A stretch of DNA of 64,000 nucleotides from Aquificales bacterium. Its GTDB lineage: Bacteria; Aquificota; Aquificia; Aquificales; QOAS01. The notes under the pieces were generated by a model. That model was not told the origin of the DNA and did not search any database. It saw nothing but the letters and a program-made list of their open reading frames with translations. Below, in pieces: positions 12,590-22,204 of this stretch. Location: contig JALWDU010000094.1 of assembly GCA_027036735.1 (NCBI GenBank), positions 2,326 through 66,325 of the forward strand. Direction: 5' to 3'. How positions within the stretch are numbered: position 1 is the stretch's first letter; each line of letters starts with the position of its first letter. The translations under genes were made by a program, and so were the position numbers.

Positions 12590-14350
12590 CTAATCCTTAA
12601 ACTCCATATAGAGGGATTTCCAAAAACCCCACACCGAGGGGTAGAAGTTTTCGAAGATATCCCAAGCCGCCAAAAGCTCGTCGGGGGTGGCTATAAATAG
12701 CATCGGCTGCTGCCTGTAGATTATTTCAAACGCCTCTTGGTAGAGTTTTTTCCTCCTCTCGGGGTTTAGGGTAATTGCCGCCTCCTCGAAGAGTTTGTCA
12801 ACCTTTGCCTCCCACTCGGTGGAGGGTCTCTCTTGAAGGGGATACCACATATGGAGACTTCCCCAACTGCACCAGACATTCCGTCCAAAGTGGGGGTCGA
12901 CCGAACCGGTTAAACCGATTATCACAGCCTCCCATTTGTAGGGCGGGGTGGTTAGAAGCCTCACGAGGTTGTTAAAGTCGATGGGTTGGAAGTAGACCTT
13001 TATCCCTATTCTCTCGAGGTCTTGCCTAATTATGTCCCCTATAGCCTCCCGCTCCTTATTCCCCGCATTGGTGAGGAGGATTATCTCGAGTTTGTGCCCC
13101 TTGGGGTCTTCCAGAATCCCGTCCCCGTCGCGGTCTTTAAAACCTATCTCCTCCAAAAGGTGTTTCGCAAGTTTTGGGTCGTACCTTATGGGGGGAAAGA
13201 GTTTCGGGTCGTATATCCACTTATTGGCGGGACTTACGGGTCCGTAGAGCGGTTTTGCCAAGCCGTTGTAGACCAAATTTACAATACCCTCCCTGTCTAT
13301 AGCGTGGGAGATAGCCCAGCGGAATTTTGGGTTTCTAAACCACTCTATCTTGTATTTCGGAATTCCCGCACGGGGGTTTTGGTTGAAGACCAAAAAGTTC
13401 AAAGAGGGGGTAGCGCCGAGGTCATAGACCTTTATAGGCTCCTCCTTAGCCTTCACAAAGAGGGTTAAAAGCTCCCTCGCACCGACGCCGAGAATCTGAA
13501 TTTTACCGGCTATAAACTTCATAAGAGCTGTATCGGGGTCGGGGATTATTAAACCGACCTTTTTCCTTATATAGGGGAGTCTATGCCCTTCGGGGTCTCT
13601 TTCGTAGTAGTAGGGGTTCGCCTCCCAGACGACCCGCTCGCCCTTTACGTATTCGACCAACCTATAGGGACCCGTTCCGACAATCTCCTCCGGCGGTGTG
13701 TTTACATTCCACGCGCTCAAAAAGGTTCCCTCTTTTACAAACTTCTCCAATTTGTGTTTTGGAAGAATGGCGACCGTTAAAGTCCTCAAAAAGGGTGCGA
13801 AAGTTCCCGGTAGGACAAACCTAACGGTGTAGTTATCTATCTTCTCCACCTTAAAGGGTTTCCCGTTTACCAAAAGGGTATCCCTTACGGGGGTGGGAAT
13901 TTTTGGGTTGAAATAAACCTTGTTAAAGGTAAAAACCACATCGTCCGCCGTAAAGGGTTTCCCGTCGCTCCACCTTACCCCCTTTCGGAGGTGGAAAGTC
14001 CAAATTTTTCCGTCCTCCGAGTGTTCCCAAGATATAGCCAAATCGGGTTCCACCTTTAGGGTCTTGGGGTCTATCTTTACCAGACCGCTAAAGAGGTCGC
14101 CTATAACAGCCGAGGAAGTTGTTTCCTGAACGAGGGCGGGGTTTAAAGTCTTCGGGTCTCCCGCCAAGCGGACGACCAGCGGCTTGTTCGTAGGCTTTCC
14201 AACCTTAGGTTTGTTCGGAATTTCTACCTTTTGAAAGGAAATCTTAGCCCCTTCGGGGGAGGGGGAACGCGTCAAATAAAAAGGAATAAATGCCAGAATA
14301 GAGACGGTAACCCCCGATAGGAAGAGGAGGACTTTTTTCAAACCTCTCAC
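12590..14350 (-). CDS. ABC transporter substrate-binding protein, family 5 (peptide/nickel, OppA/DppA-like)
   Basis: 586 aa. N-terminal membrane anchor/signal and typical family-5 SBP length and motifs (DPHFGRN..W, AISHAIDR). Confidence 0.85.
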   Translation of the reverse strand: MRGLKKVLLFLSGVTVSILAFIPFYLTRSPSPEGAKISFQKVEIPNKPKVGKPTNKPLVVRLAGDPKTLNPALVQETTSSAVIGDLFSGLVKIDPKTLKVEPDLAISWEHSEDGKIWTFHLRKGVRWSDGKPFTADDVVFTFNKVYFNPKIPTPVRDTLLVNGKPFKVEKIDNYTVRFVLPGTFAPFLRTLTVAILPKHKLEKFVKEGTFLSAWNVNTPPEEIVGTGPYRLVEYVKGERVVWEANPYYYERDPEGHRLPYIRKKVGLIIPDPDTALMKFIAGKIQILGVGARELLTLFVKAKEEPIKVYDLGATPSLNFLVFNQNPRAGIPKYKIEWFRNPKFRWAISHAIDREGIVNLVYNGLAKPLYGPVSPANKWIYDPKLFPPIRYDPKLAKHLLEEIGFKDRDGDGILEDPKGHKLEIILLTNAGNKEREAIGDIIRQDLERIGIKVYFQPIDFNNLVRLLTTPPYKWEAVIIGLTGSVDPHFGRNVWCSWGSLHMWYPLQERPSTEWEAKVDKLFEEAAITLNPERRKKLYQEAFEIIYRQQPMLFIATPDELLAAWDIFENFYPSVWGFWKSLYMEFKD

Positions 14351-14407
14351 CGGTTTAATTAAGTTTAAGACCCTTGGGTGGGACTCTTATTCCAAACTAT
14401 ACCCTTT

Positions 14408-15553
14408 ATGGGGTTTTCCTATCTCATGCCCAACTACGCGAGGCTTCCGGTTAAGTTTGTCCGCGGCGAGGGTGTCTATTTATACGACGACCGAGGGAGG
14501 GAATACATAGACCTCATTTCCGGCATAGGGGTTAACTCTTTGGGATACAACCACCCAAAGTTGACAAAAGCTATCTGCGACCAGGCGAGGGAACTCATCC
14601 ACATATCCAACCTCTTCGAGGTTCCCTATCAGGAGGAATTGGCGCAAAAGTTGGTGGAAACCTCTTTCGGCGCCGAAGGGGGGAAGGTTTTTTTCTGCAA
14701 CAGCGGTGCGGAGGCGAACGAGGCGCTTATCAAGCTGATAAGGAAATATTGGAGAGACCGCGGGGAGGATAGATACGAAATAATCACCTTTAGGGGTTCC
14801 TTCCACGGGAGGACTTACGGAAGCCTGTCGGCGACGGGACAGCCCAAGCTCCACGAGGGTTTTGAACCCATGCTCGAAGGCTTCCGCTACGCGGAGTTTA
14901 ACAACATAGAGAGCGTTAAAAATTTGATAAACGATAAGACCGCCGCCGTTTTGCTGGAGGTTATACAGGGCGAGGGGGGAGTAAACCCCGCCGACGGGGA
15001 TTTTATTGAGGAGCTTTACAACTTAACCCGCGAAGCGGGGATTTTGTTTGCGATAGATGAAGTTCAGACGGGAAACGGGAGGACGGGCAGGTATTGGGGC
15101 TTTCAGCACTACGGCGTTGTTCCCGACCTCTTTTCCACGGCTAAAGGTTTGGGCGGGGGCGTTCCCGTCGGTGCGCTGGTGGCTAAAAACGAGGTTGCCG
15201 AACACTTCACGCCGGGAAGCCACGGCTCCACCTTCGGCGGCAACCCCTTGGCTATGCGGGCGGGTTTGGTCGTTTACGGGGAGCTCGAGAGCGGTCTTTT
15301 AAACCACGTCCAAAGGGTTGGCGAATACTTTAAAAGCGCCCTCGAAAGTCTCGACAAAGGTAGGGTAAAGGGTAAAGGTCTAATGCTCGGTTTGGAATTG
15401 GAAAAACCCTGTAAGGAGTTGGTTTTAAAGGGACTCGAAAAGGGTCTGGTCTTCAACTGCACCGCCCAAAGGGTTTTGAGATTTCTCCCGCCTTTGGTGA
15501 TAACGGAAAGCGAAATAGACCGCGCGGTGGAGGTGCTCGGGGAAATCCTTTAA
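14408..15553 (+). CDS. argD: acetylornithine aminotransferase (class III PLP aminotransferase)
   Basis: YLMPNYARLPVKFVRGEG..., SGAEANE, DEVQTG.GRTG and STAKGLGGG motifs. Start moved to the ATG at 14408 (the listed GTG at 14378 adds an atypical extension). Confidence 0.85.
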   Translation: MGFSYLMPNYARLPVKFVRGEGVYLYDDRGREYIDLISGIGVNSLGYNHPKLTKAICDQARELIHISNLFEVPYQEELAQKLVETSFGAEGGKVFFCNSGAEANEALIKLIRKYWRDRGEDRYEIITFRGSFHGRTYGSLSATGQPKLHEGFEPMLEGFRYAEFNNIESVKNLINDKTAAVLLEVIQGEGGVNPADGDFIEELYNLTREAGILFAIDEVQTGNGRTGRYWGFQHYGVVPDLFSTAKGLGGGVPVGALVAKNEVAEHFTPGSHGSTFGGNPLAMRAGLVVYGELESGLLNHVQRVGEYFKSALESLDKGRVKGKGLMLGLELEKPCKELVLKGLEKGLVFNCTAQRVLRFLPPLVITESEIDRAVEVLGEIL

Positions 15554-15569
15554 AATCCTCCCCTTCCCC

Positions 15570-16676
15570 ATGTCTTACAGGGTGCTTCAGGTCGTTGACG
15601 GCTTCGGTTGGGGCGGGACGAAGGAACAGGTTTATCTGACCACCCGCGAACTTGCAAAGAGGGGTGTCGATGTCGGTATTGCGCTCTCCTTCCAATACAA
15701 GGAGATGGTCGAAAGGCTCAAACCTTACGGGGTGAGAATTCACTTCTTCGAAGACCATAAGGGGAGCAAAAGCCGTTTCAATCCCCTAAACTGGTGGAGG
15801 TTAAAGAGGGTTATCGAAGACTACGGCTACGATATAGTTGTGGGAAATTCGCCCCACGCGGTGGATTACATAAGGTTTACCCTTCCCTTTTTGAGGAGAA
15901 AACCGAAGCTGGTCTTCGTCAGGAGGAGCGGAAGAGTTCCCTCACCCCTTTCGAGGAGGTTTAAGTATTCGGTTGCAGACCGCATAGTGGTGGTTTCCAA
16001 ACCGGTTTACGACCTCTTGAGGGAGAGGAATTTCTTTCCCGACCGATTGGTGTATATACCGAGCGGGATAGACCTCACGAGGTTTAGAAACTACCGCTAC
16101 CTAAAGGTGGAATTGAGAAAGAAATTAAACCTCCCGTTGGAGAAAAAAATCTTTATAAACGTCGCCAATTGGAACCCCTCCGTAAAGGGTCAGGATTTGC
16201 TTCTGGAGACCTTTAGGGAACTCAAGTGCAAAAATTGTCTGCTCCTTTTGGTGGGACTCGATACCGACCGCGGGGAGGCGAAGGAGCTTATTAAGAAACT
16301 CGGTTTGGAGGATAGGGTTATAGGGTTGGGGTTTAGGAGGGATGTCCCCGACCTGCTGAACGCCTCCGACTACTTTGTGCTTTCGTCACGACTGGAGGGC
16401 ATAGCGGGGGCTCTGCTCCAGGCTATGGCTACCGGAATGGTGGTTATTTCCACCTCGGCGGGTGGTATATCGGAATACCTCCGCGACGGGGAAAACGGCT
16501 TTTTAGTCCCCGTTGGGGATAAAGAAAAATTGCTCCGCGCAATGGAAAGGGCTCTAAACCTATCGGAGGGGGAATACTGCCTTATGGGGGAAAAGGCTAT
16601 GGAAACCGCCAAGGATTATTCGATAGAGAGAACCGCCGAGGGGTATATAAGGCTTTTTAACGAACTTTTGGGGTGA
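15570..16676 (+). CDS. glycosyltransferase family 4 (GT-B)
   Basis: C-terminal EGIAGALLQAMATGMVVISTSAGGISEYLRDGENGFLV (E-x7-E type motif). Confidence 0.8.
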   Translation: MSYRVLQVVDGFGWGGTKEQVYLTTRELAKRGVDVGIALSFQYKEMVERLKPYGVRIHFFEDHKGSKSRFNPLNWWRLKRVIEDYGYDIVVGNSPHAVDYIRFTLPFLRRKPKLVFVRRSGRVPSPLSRRFKYSVADRIVVVSKPVYDLLRERNFFPDRLVYIPSGIDLTRFRNYRYLKVELRKKLNLPLEKKIFINVANWNPSVKGQDLLLETFRELKCKNCLLLLVGLDTDRGEAKELIKKLGLEDRVIGLGFRRDVPDLLNASDYFVLSSRLEGIAGALLQAMATGMVVISTSAGGISEYLRDGENGFLVPVGDKEKLLRAMERALNLSEGEYCLMGEKAMETAKDYSIERTAEGYIRLFNELLG

Positions 16677-16725
16677 GGGTTTTTTTTCTCCTCCCTCTGC
16701 AGGGGCTCTGTTAACTTACCCATTT

Positions 16726-17955
16726 ATGGGACTGTTACCTTACGAAGAAGCCCTCGAATTGGTCTTGTCCTCCGTCACCCGCACCACGCCTGTCGAGAGA
16801 AGAGCCATAACCGAGGCGGTCGGGCGCATTCTCGCGGAAGATATAAGGGCAACCTTCAATTATCCCGTCTTCGACTACTCGGCTATGGACGGCTTCGCCG
16901 TGAGAAGCGCCGATACGAAAAATGCCTCACCCGAAAATCCCGTCGAGCTGGAGGTAATCGGGGAAATTTCGGCGGGCGAATTTGTCGAAACACCCCTCGA
17001 GAAGGGGCGGGCTTACAAGATTTTCACCGGCGCGCCCATACCCCCCGGCGCCGACGCCGTGGTTGAGATAGAAAAAACCCGCGTAGCGGGGAATAAGATT
17101 GTTCTAACCGAACCGGTCGAAGAGGGCGCCAATATCCGAAAGGCGGGCGAATACGCCAAGCTGGGCGACGTTATCGCCTCTAAAGGCGAGGAGCTAACCC
17201 CCGGGAAAATAGGGGTCTTGGCGGCTTTCGGTTACGGCTACGCAAAGGTATACGCAAAACCGAGGGTGGCGATACTTTCGACCGGTAGCGAGCTGAGGGA
17301 ACCCTGCGAACCCCTCCTCAAACCGGGGCAGATATACAACTCCAATTCCTACGGCCTCTTTGCGGCGGTGCTGCAAAACGGGGGCGATGCGGTAAACCTC
17401 GGAAGTGTCGGCGACGACTACGAACTTCTAAAGAAAACGTTGGGCGAAACCGTTAACGACTTCGACATTTACATCACCACCGGCGGCGTCTCGATGGGTG
17501 AGAAGGATTACGTGCAGCTTCTGGTGGAGGAGCTGGGATTTGATATAAAGTTTCACAAAATTAGGGTAAAACCGGGTAAACCGACCCTCTTTGCCACCTA
17601 CGACGGGGGCAAACGCCTCTTTTTCGGTCTGCCGGGTAACCCCGTTTCCGCTCTGGTGAACTTCTACCTATTGGTATATCCCGCCTTGAGGAAACTCCAA
17701 GGGGCAAAAGACCTCTTTAAGCCTAAGGTAAAGGCTATCCTCACAGAGGATTTTAGAAGAAAGGGCGCCAAGAGGAGGGAATTTATAAGGGTTAAAGTCC
17801 ACTTCGGGGAGGACGGAACGGTCTATGCAACCCCTTATTGGAACGTATCCTCGGGCGATATGCTCTCGATGGGTTTCGCAAACGGGGTGGGAATAGTTTA
17901 CGAGGGCGTCAAAGAGGTCAAAAAGGGCGAACCTATAGAGGTTATTCTTTTTTAG
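16726..17955 (+). CDS. moeA: molybdopterin molybdenumtransferase
   Basis: 409 aa. MDGFAV, TGGVSMGEKDY and GLPGNPVSA motifs. Confidence 0.9.
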   Translation: MGLLPYEEALELVLSSVTRTTPVERRAITEAVGRILAEDIRATFNYPVFDYSAMDGFAVRSADTKNASPENPVELEVIGEISAGEFVETPLEKGRAYKIFTGAPIPPGADAVVEIEKTRVAGNKIVLTEPVEEGANIRKAGEYAKLGDVIASKGEELTPGKIGVLAAFGYGYAKVYAKPRVAILSTGSELREPCEPLLKPGQIYNSNSYGLFAAVLQNGGDAVNLGSVGDDYELLKKTLGETVNDFDIYITTGGVSMGEKDYVQLLVEELGFDIKFHKIRVKPGKPTLFATYDGGKRLFFGLPGNPVSALVNFYLLVYPALRKLQGAKDLFKPKVKAILTEDFRRKGAKRREFIRVKVHFGEDGTVYATPYWNVSSGDMLSMGFANGVGIVYEGVKEVKKGEPIEVILF

Positions 17956-17970
17956 GAAAGAGGTAAATCC

Positions 17971-18342
17971 TTAAACTTTTGCAGTTTTAGGAAATTCCAC
18001 CACAATTTTTTGATAGGGGATAGAAACCTTCCATCCCTTATCCGTTTTTTCCATTTCAACAATTCCCAAGTCATGGAGAATTTGAATATCTTTCCAAACA
18101 TTGGAATAATCCCTCTTTAGGTGTTTGGCAAGTTCCCTTATAGATTTAAACTCCTTATGTTGAAGAGCCTCTATTATTTCCCATCGGGCGGGGGTTAAGG
18201 TCTTAAACATTCTTCCTACTGAAGTGAAGATTAAAACGTTTTCCACGGGAATATCTTCTCCTTTGTAAACCTTTTTTAGAACATTTAAAAGATTTTTAGA
18301 AACCCTTTGAGGTTCTTCGACCTTTATCGTTAAAATTTTCAT
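17971..18342 (-). CDS. winged-helix DNA-binding protein, putative antitoxin (TumA/HVO_A0114-like)
   Basis: 123 aa. wHTH-like SIRELAKHLKRDYSNVWKDIQILHDLGIV. 4-nt ATGA overlap with the upstream ORF. AT-rich. Confidence 0.55.
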   Translation of the reverse strand: MKILTIKVEEPQRVSKNLLNVLKKVYKGEDIPVENVLIFTSVGRMFKTLTPARWEIIEALQHKEFKSIRELAKHLKRDYSNVWKDIQILHDLGIVEMEKTDKGWKVSIPYQKIVVEFPKTAKV

Positions 18343-18725
18343 ATTTCGACCTCCCCGATAGCTTCTAAAAGTTCTAAAACCTCTTCAAAAGGTTGACCGT
18401 CTTCCTTTAATACATCTATTAATTCCTCCAAAAAGTCCTGCAATAGCCGTTTAGGGTTTTGAAAGTTATAGGGTAGTCTTTTCCCCTTTCTGTGTTTGTG
18501 TGCCCCACCGTGGGCGTTGTCGTAACGAAAATAATTCTGTTTGAGTTTTTTATCTTCTATCCAAAATGGTATATAGGCAAGGCTGTAATAATACCCGCAA
18601 GGTCTATCTTTATCCGCCTCTATACGATAGATTTTTAGAACTATTACTCCGTTTTCAATGACTATCCGTTCGTTGAATAGTTCCTCCGCTTTAGGCATAG
18701 ACTTTTTGTTTTCATACATTCCCAA
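18339..18725 (-). CDS. DUF6516/TumE-like putative toxin
   Basis: 128 aa. The motif FRYDNAHGGAHKHRKG resembles the His-rich signature I recall for the DUF6516 family. Translationally coupled to the wHTH gene. Confidence 0.5.
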   Translation of the reverse strand: MGMYENKKSMPKAEELFNERIVIENGVIVLKIYRIEADKDRPCGYYYSLAYIPFWIEDKKLKQNYFRYDNAHGGAHKHRKGKRLPYNFQNPKRLLQDFLEELIDVLKEDGQPFEEVLELLEAIGEVEI

Positions 18726-18788
18726 GATATTTGGTTATTATTTATTGTAGTTTTGTAAACCATATATTTTCATCACCAATAAAAAGAA

Positions 18789-19214
18789 TTATGGTAGTTT
18801 TCCAGATACCCACCAGTAGAGGGCAAAGAGCAAAATACCGAACCAAAGGGGGGTCAGCTTTCCGAAAATTACCCCTTTTAGGTCTTCCTTTACACCCTTT
18901 CCGCAGAGGGGAGAGTGCAGAACCCGCACCCTTTCGCTGGGTCTAATGTTTTTTGCCGTTATCCACTTTAGGGTTTCCGTTCGGTTTCCCACCTCGAGGC
19001 GGAGGGTAATTTCCTTTAGCCCCTTTGGGGGATTTTTGACACCCCAATCCCTTTGGGGGAGTTCCCTTACCTCTATCACCTCCGCGGGGATAGGCTTTCC
19101 CAAAAGCTCCAGGCAGAGGTATTTGAAACCCCTTAACACCCCCCAAAGGGTAAAGAGGAGGGCAAACGCCAAAAGGAGGTATTGAAAAATTTTCTCCGTC
19201 GGGAGATTCTCCAT
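18789..19214 (-). CDS. hypothetical membrane protein (two terminal TM helices)
   Basis: 141 aa with hydrophobic N- and C-terminal segments flanking a soluble middle. No family assigned. Confidence 0.5.
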   Translation of the reverse strand: MENLPTEKIFQYLLLAFALLFTLWGVLRGFKYLCLELLGKPIPAEVIEVRELPQRDWGVKNPPKGLKEITLRLEVGNRTETLKWITAKNIRPSERVRVLHSPLCGKGVKEDLKGVIFGKLTPLWFGILLFALYWWVSGKLP

Positions 19215-19216
19215 TT

Positions 19217-20611
19217 TTAGTCCCTAAAGAGGGAAACCGCTTCCTTTAAGACCGCATCGAGGAGTTTTTCGTCCGGTATTTCGGCGTAAATTCTTAGAAG
19301 CGGTTCGGTTCCCGAGGGTCTAACGAGTAGCCAACCGTCGTTTTCGAAAACGAGCTTCAGCCCGTCTATCGTTTTGACCTCCCTAACCTTGAGACCGCCG
19401 ACCGCCGAAGGCGGGTTTTTCTTTAATTCCTCGAGTTTCTCCTTCTCCCGCGGGTCTACCGGGAGGTCTACACGCCTGTAATAAGCCTCACCGAAGCGTT
19501 TAAAGAGCTCTTCGATTACCCCCGAAGGGGTTTTGCCCTTTAGGAAGAAAAGTTCTAGCAGGTAGAGCGCCGAGAGCAAGCCGTCCCGCTCGGGGGTGAA
19601 GTGGGGAAATCCGTAGCCGCCGCTCTCCTCCCCTCCGAAAATTACGTCGTCCCTTTCGAGGATAACCCTGTTGATGTTCTTAAACCCTACGGGGGTCTCT
19701 ATTATTTCAACCCCGAAGTGTTTCGCTATTCTATCCGCCAAATAGGTGGTCGAAACCGTTTTGACGACCGCCCCGCGCAAACCCTTGTTTTCGAGCAGGT
19801 GCAGGAGCAAAAGCGCGTAAATTAGCTGGCTGTTTACGAAATTTCCTTTTTCGTCCACCAGAGCGACGCGGTCGCCGTCGCCGTCGTTCATTATCCCGCA
19901 AAAGGCGTTCTCCGCCCTCACCTTTTCCATTAGAGTTTTTGCGTTCTTTTCAACCGGTTCGGGGGCTCTGCCGCCAAAGAGCGGGTCGCGGTAGGCGTGG
20001 ATTTCCACCACCTGGGCTTTCGTTCCCTCCAAAGCCCTCCTAAGGTATCCTATGGAGGAGCCGAACATCGGGTCGTGGACTATTTTGAAATCTTCCTCCT
20101 TAAAGAGGTCTAAGTTAATTTGCTCCTTCACGGCGGATATGTATTCTTCGGTGTAATCCTCCTCCGAGAGGTTTCCCAGTTCGAACTCCGGTTCCCTTTC
20201 GGGGGAAACCTTTCCTATCAGGGATTCCACCTTTTGGACGAATTCGGGTGTGGCGCTCCCCCCGAAGGAGTCCTTTATCTTATACCCGTTGTAGGTGGGC
20301 GGGTTGTGGCTCGCCGTTATCATTACCCCGTTGTCGAAGCCCTTATACCTCACCGCCCAGGATACGAGGGGAGTCGAAACCGCCTTCGGTGAGAGGTTCA
20401 CGTCGAACCCTTCGGATACGAAGAGGGTAGCCGCTTCGCGGGCGAAATTTTCCGACATAAAGCGGTTGTCGTAACCTATAAAGACCTTTCCTTTACCTTC
20501 CCGCCTCAAGACCTCGGCGTGTGCCAGAACCACCTTTTTGAGGTTTTCAAAGGTAAAATCGCGGGCTATTACAGCCCTCCATCCGTCGGTGCCAAACTTT
20601 ATAACAGCCAT
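19217..20611 (-). CDS. phosphoglucomutase/phosphomannomutase (alpha-D-phosphohexomutase)
   Basis: Active-site loop ITASHNPPTYNGYK, metal loop NDGDGDR, GGEESGG. The ATG at 20611 overlaps the relE-like stop by 1 nt. Confidence 0.9.
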   Translation of the reverse strand: MAVIKFGTDGWRAVIARDFTFENLKKVVLAHAEVLRREGKGKVFIGYDNRFMSENFAREAATLFVSEGFDVNLSPKAVSTPLVSWAVRYKGFDNGVMITASHNPPTYNGYKIKDSFGGSATPEFVQKVESLIGKVSPEREPEFELGNLSEEDYTEEYISAVKEQINLDLFKEEDFKIVHDPMFGSSIGYLRRALEGTKAQVVEIHAYRDPLFGGRAPEPVEKNAKTLMEKVRAENAFCGIMNDGDGDRVALVDEKGNFVNSQLIYALLLLHLLENKGLRGAVVKTVSTTYLADRIAKHFGVEIIETPVGFKNINRVILERDDVIFGGEESGGYGFPHFTPERDGLLSALYLLELFFLKGKTPSGVIEELFKRFGEAYYRRVDLPVDPREKEKLEELKKNPPSAVGGLKVREVKTIDGLKLVFENDGWLLVRPSGTEPLLRIYAEIPDEKLLDAVLKEAVSLFRD

Positions 20612-20874
20612 CAATAAATTTCCCCCCTATGTCCAATCCGAACGATTATGATAACTATTTGCTCCCTATCGAGGCGGTAAACAACCCTGTAGTTCCCCAC
20701 CCTCAAGCGGTATAGACCTTTGTATTCCCCCTTTAGGGGTTTGATATTGTTCTTTAACCTATTTGGGTCTTCGGCAAGGAGCTCCAGCTTTTCTTTAATA
20801 ATCCTTTGAACCGTCTTGTCCAGACTTTTGAACTCCTCGGCGGCTTCTTTCAGAAAGAGGAGTCTGTATTTCAT
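20611..20874 (-). CDS. RelE/ParE-family toxin
   Basis: 87 aa. The LYRLRVGNYRVVYRL...IVIIIVRIGHR pattern is typical of RelE/ParE. Overlaps the antitoxin gene by 4 nt. Confidence 0.8.
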   Translation of the reverse strand: MKYRLLFLKEAAEEFKSLDKTVQRIIKEKLELLAEDPNRLKNNIKPLKGEYKGLYRLRVGNYRVVYRLDREQIVIIIVRIGHRGEIY

Positions 20875-21092
20875 AGGTCTTTAAACACCTCCTCCGCCGG
20901 AACGATTTGGGTTTCGCCCCGTTCCAATCTCTTCAGCCGCTCCTGTGCTATTTCGGTATCCAGATAGTCGAAGTAAAAGGTTAGCGCCTTAGCTATAAGC
21001 CGACTCTTCTTCTCCCCCAGCTCTTTAGCCACCCTTTCCAATTCCAGAGCCAATTCCTCGTTGAGGGTTATGTTTAACCTCTTTACCGCCAT
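20871..21092 (-). CDS. ribbon-helix-helix (CopG-like) antitoxin
   Basis: 73 aa. N-terminal beta-strand KRLNITLNEELALELE and its position upstream of the relE-like gene. Confidence 0.75.
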   Translation of the reverse strand: MAVKRLNITLNEELALELERVAKELGEKKSRLIAKALTFYFDYLDTEIAQERLKRLERGETQIVPAEEVFKDL

Positions 21093-21120
21093 AAGGTATG
21101 TAATTTAATACACACTTCCT

Positions 21121-22128
21121 TTAGAGTCTAAACCCCTTCGCCACCTCCACGAGGTATTTAACCTTTTCGAATTCCATATCGGGGGCTAGTCCGTGCCCGA
21201 GGTTAAACACGTAAAGTGTCCTCCTATTTTCGGCAACCCTTTGGAGGAGCTTTTCAACCTCACTCTTGATGGTCTCTTTATCCGCATAGAGCACCGAGGG
21301 GTCTAAATTTCCCTGCAGAGCCCTGTCCGGGAACTCCCTTAGGGCAACCTCCACGGGGAGAGTCCAATCTATGGAAAACCCGTCGGCGGGGATTTCCTTC
21401 GCCAATCTGTATAGGTGCCCGCTGCCGCGGAAGAAGTAGATAAGCGGCACCTCGGGGTGGAGGTCTTTAATGGTGGAGACCAACCGCCTTAGGTGGGGTA
21501 GATACTCGCCGAACATTTCGGGGGACATAACGTAAGCCCAGCTGTCGAAGAGCTGCAGGGCGTCCACCCCAGCCCTCACCTGCTGTGAGAGGTAGGCAAT
21601 TAGCATATCGGTGAGCTTTTCCATCAGGAGGTGCCACCTATCTCTTTCCCTATAAAAGGTCTTTCTAACCTCCTTAAAATCCCTCGAAGTTTTCCCCTCC
21701 AATACATACGCCCCGAGGGTGAAGGGTGCACCGGCGAAACCTATTAGGGGAAGTTCCGAACGCTCCTTTACCCTCCGAATGGTTTCGAAAACGTATTCCA
21801 CCTTCGAGGGTTCGAACTCTTTCCACTCCTCCAAGGGGGGACTTTCCAAAAGGGGACCCTCTCCGGGAACGAAATTAACCTCTATCCCCAAAGGTTGAAG
21901 TGGAACCAGTATGTCGGAAAAGAGTATCAGGGCATCGACCCCCAAAAGCCTTTCGGGAAGGAGCGTTACCTCGGTAGCCAGCTCCACATTCGAACAGAAG
22001 TCTATAAAATCCCGCGCTTTCGCGCGTAAGTTTCGGTATTCGGGCATGTAGCGACCGGCTTGGCGCATCAGCCAGACGGGAAAGTGTTCCAGCGGTCTGC
22101 CTTTCAGGGCGTCCAAAAAGGGGGACAT
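21121..22128 (-). CDS. hemE: uroporphyrinogen decarboxylase
   Basis: PVWLMRQAGRYMPEY near the N-terminus. Start set at Met31 of the listed ORF, because the longer form would overlap the bamD start region. Confidence 0.9.
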   Translation of the reverse strand: MSPFLDALKGRPLEHFPVWLMRQAGRYMPEYRNLRAKARDFIDFCSNVELATEVTLLPERLLGVDALILFSDILVPLQPLGIEVNFVPGEGPLLESPPLEEWKEFEPSKVEYVFETIRRVKERSELPLIGFAGAPFTLGAYVLEGKTSRDFKEVRKTFYRERDRWHLLMEKLTDMLIAYLSQQVRAGVDALQLFDSWAYVMSPEMFGEYLPHLRRLVSTIKDLHPEVPLIYFFRGSGHLYRLAKEIPADGFSIDWTLPVEVALREFPDRALQGNLDPSVLYADKETIKSEVEKLLQRVAENRRTLYVFNLGHGLAPDMEFEKVKYLVEVAKGFRL

Positions 22129-22204
22129 ATCTCGCTTAGGATACCCCAAAGGGAGGATTGAGACCCTTTTCCGCCCAAAGGTTAGAATGTGATACCTTAC
22201 GGAG

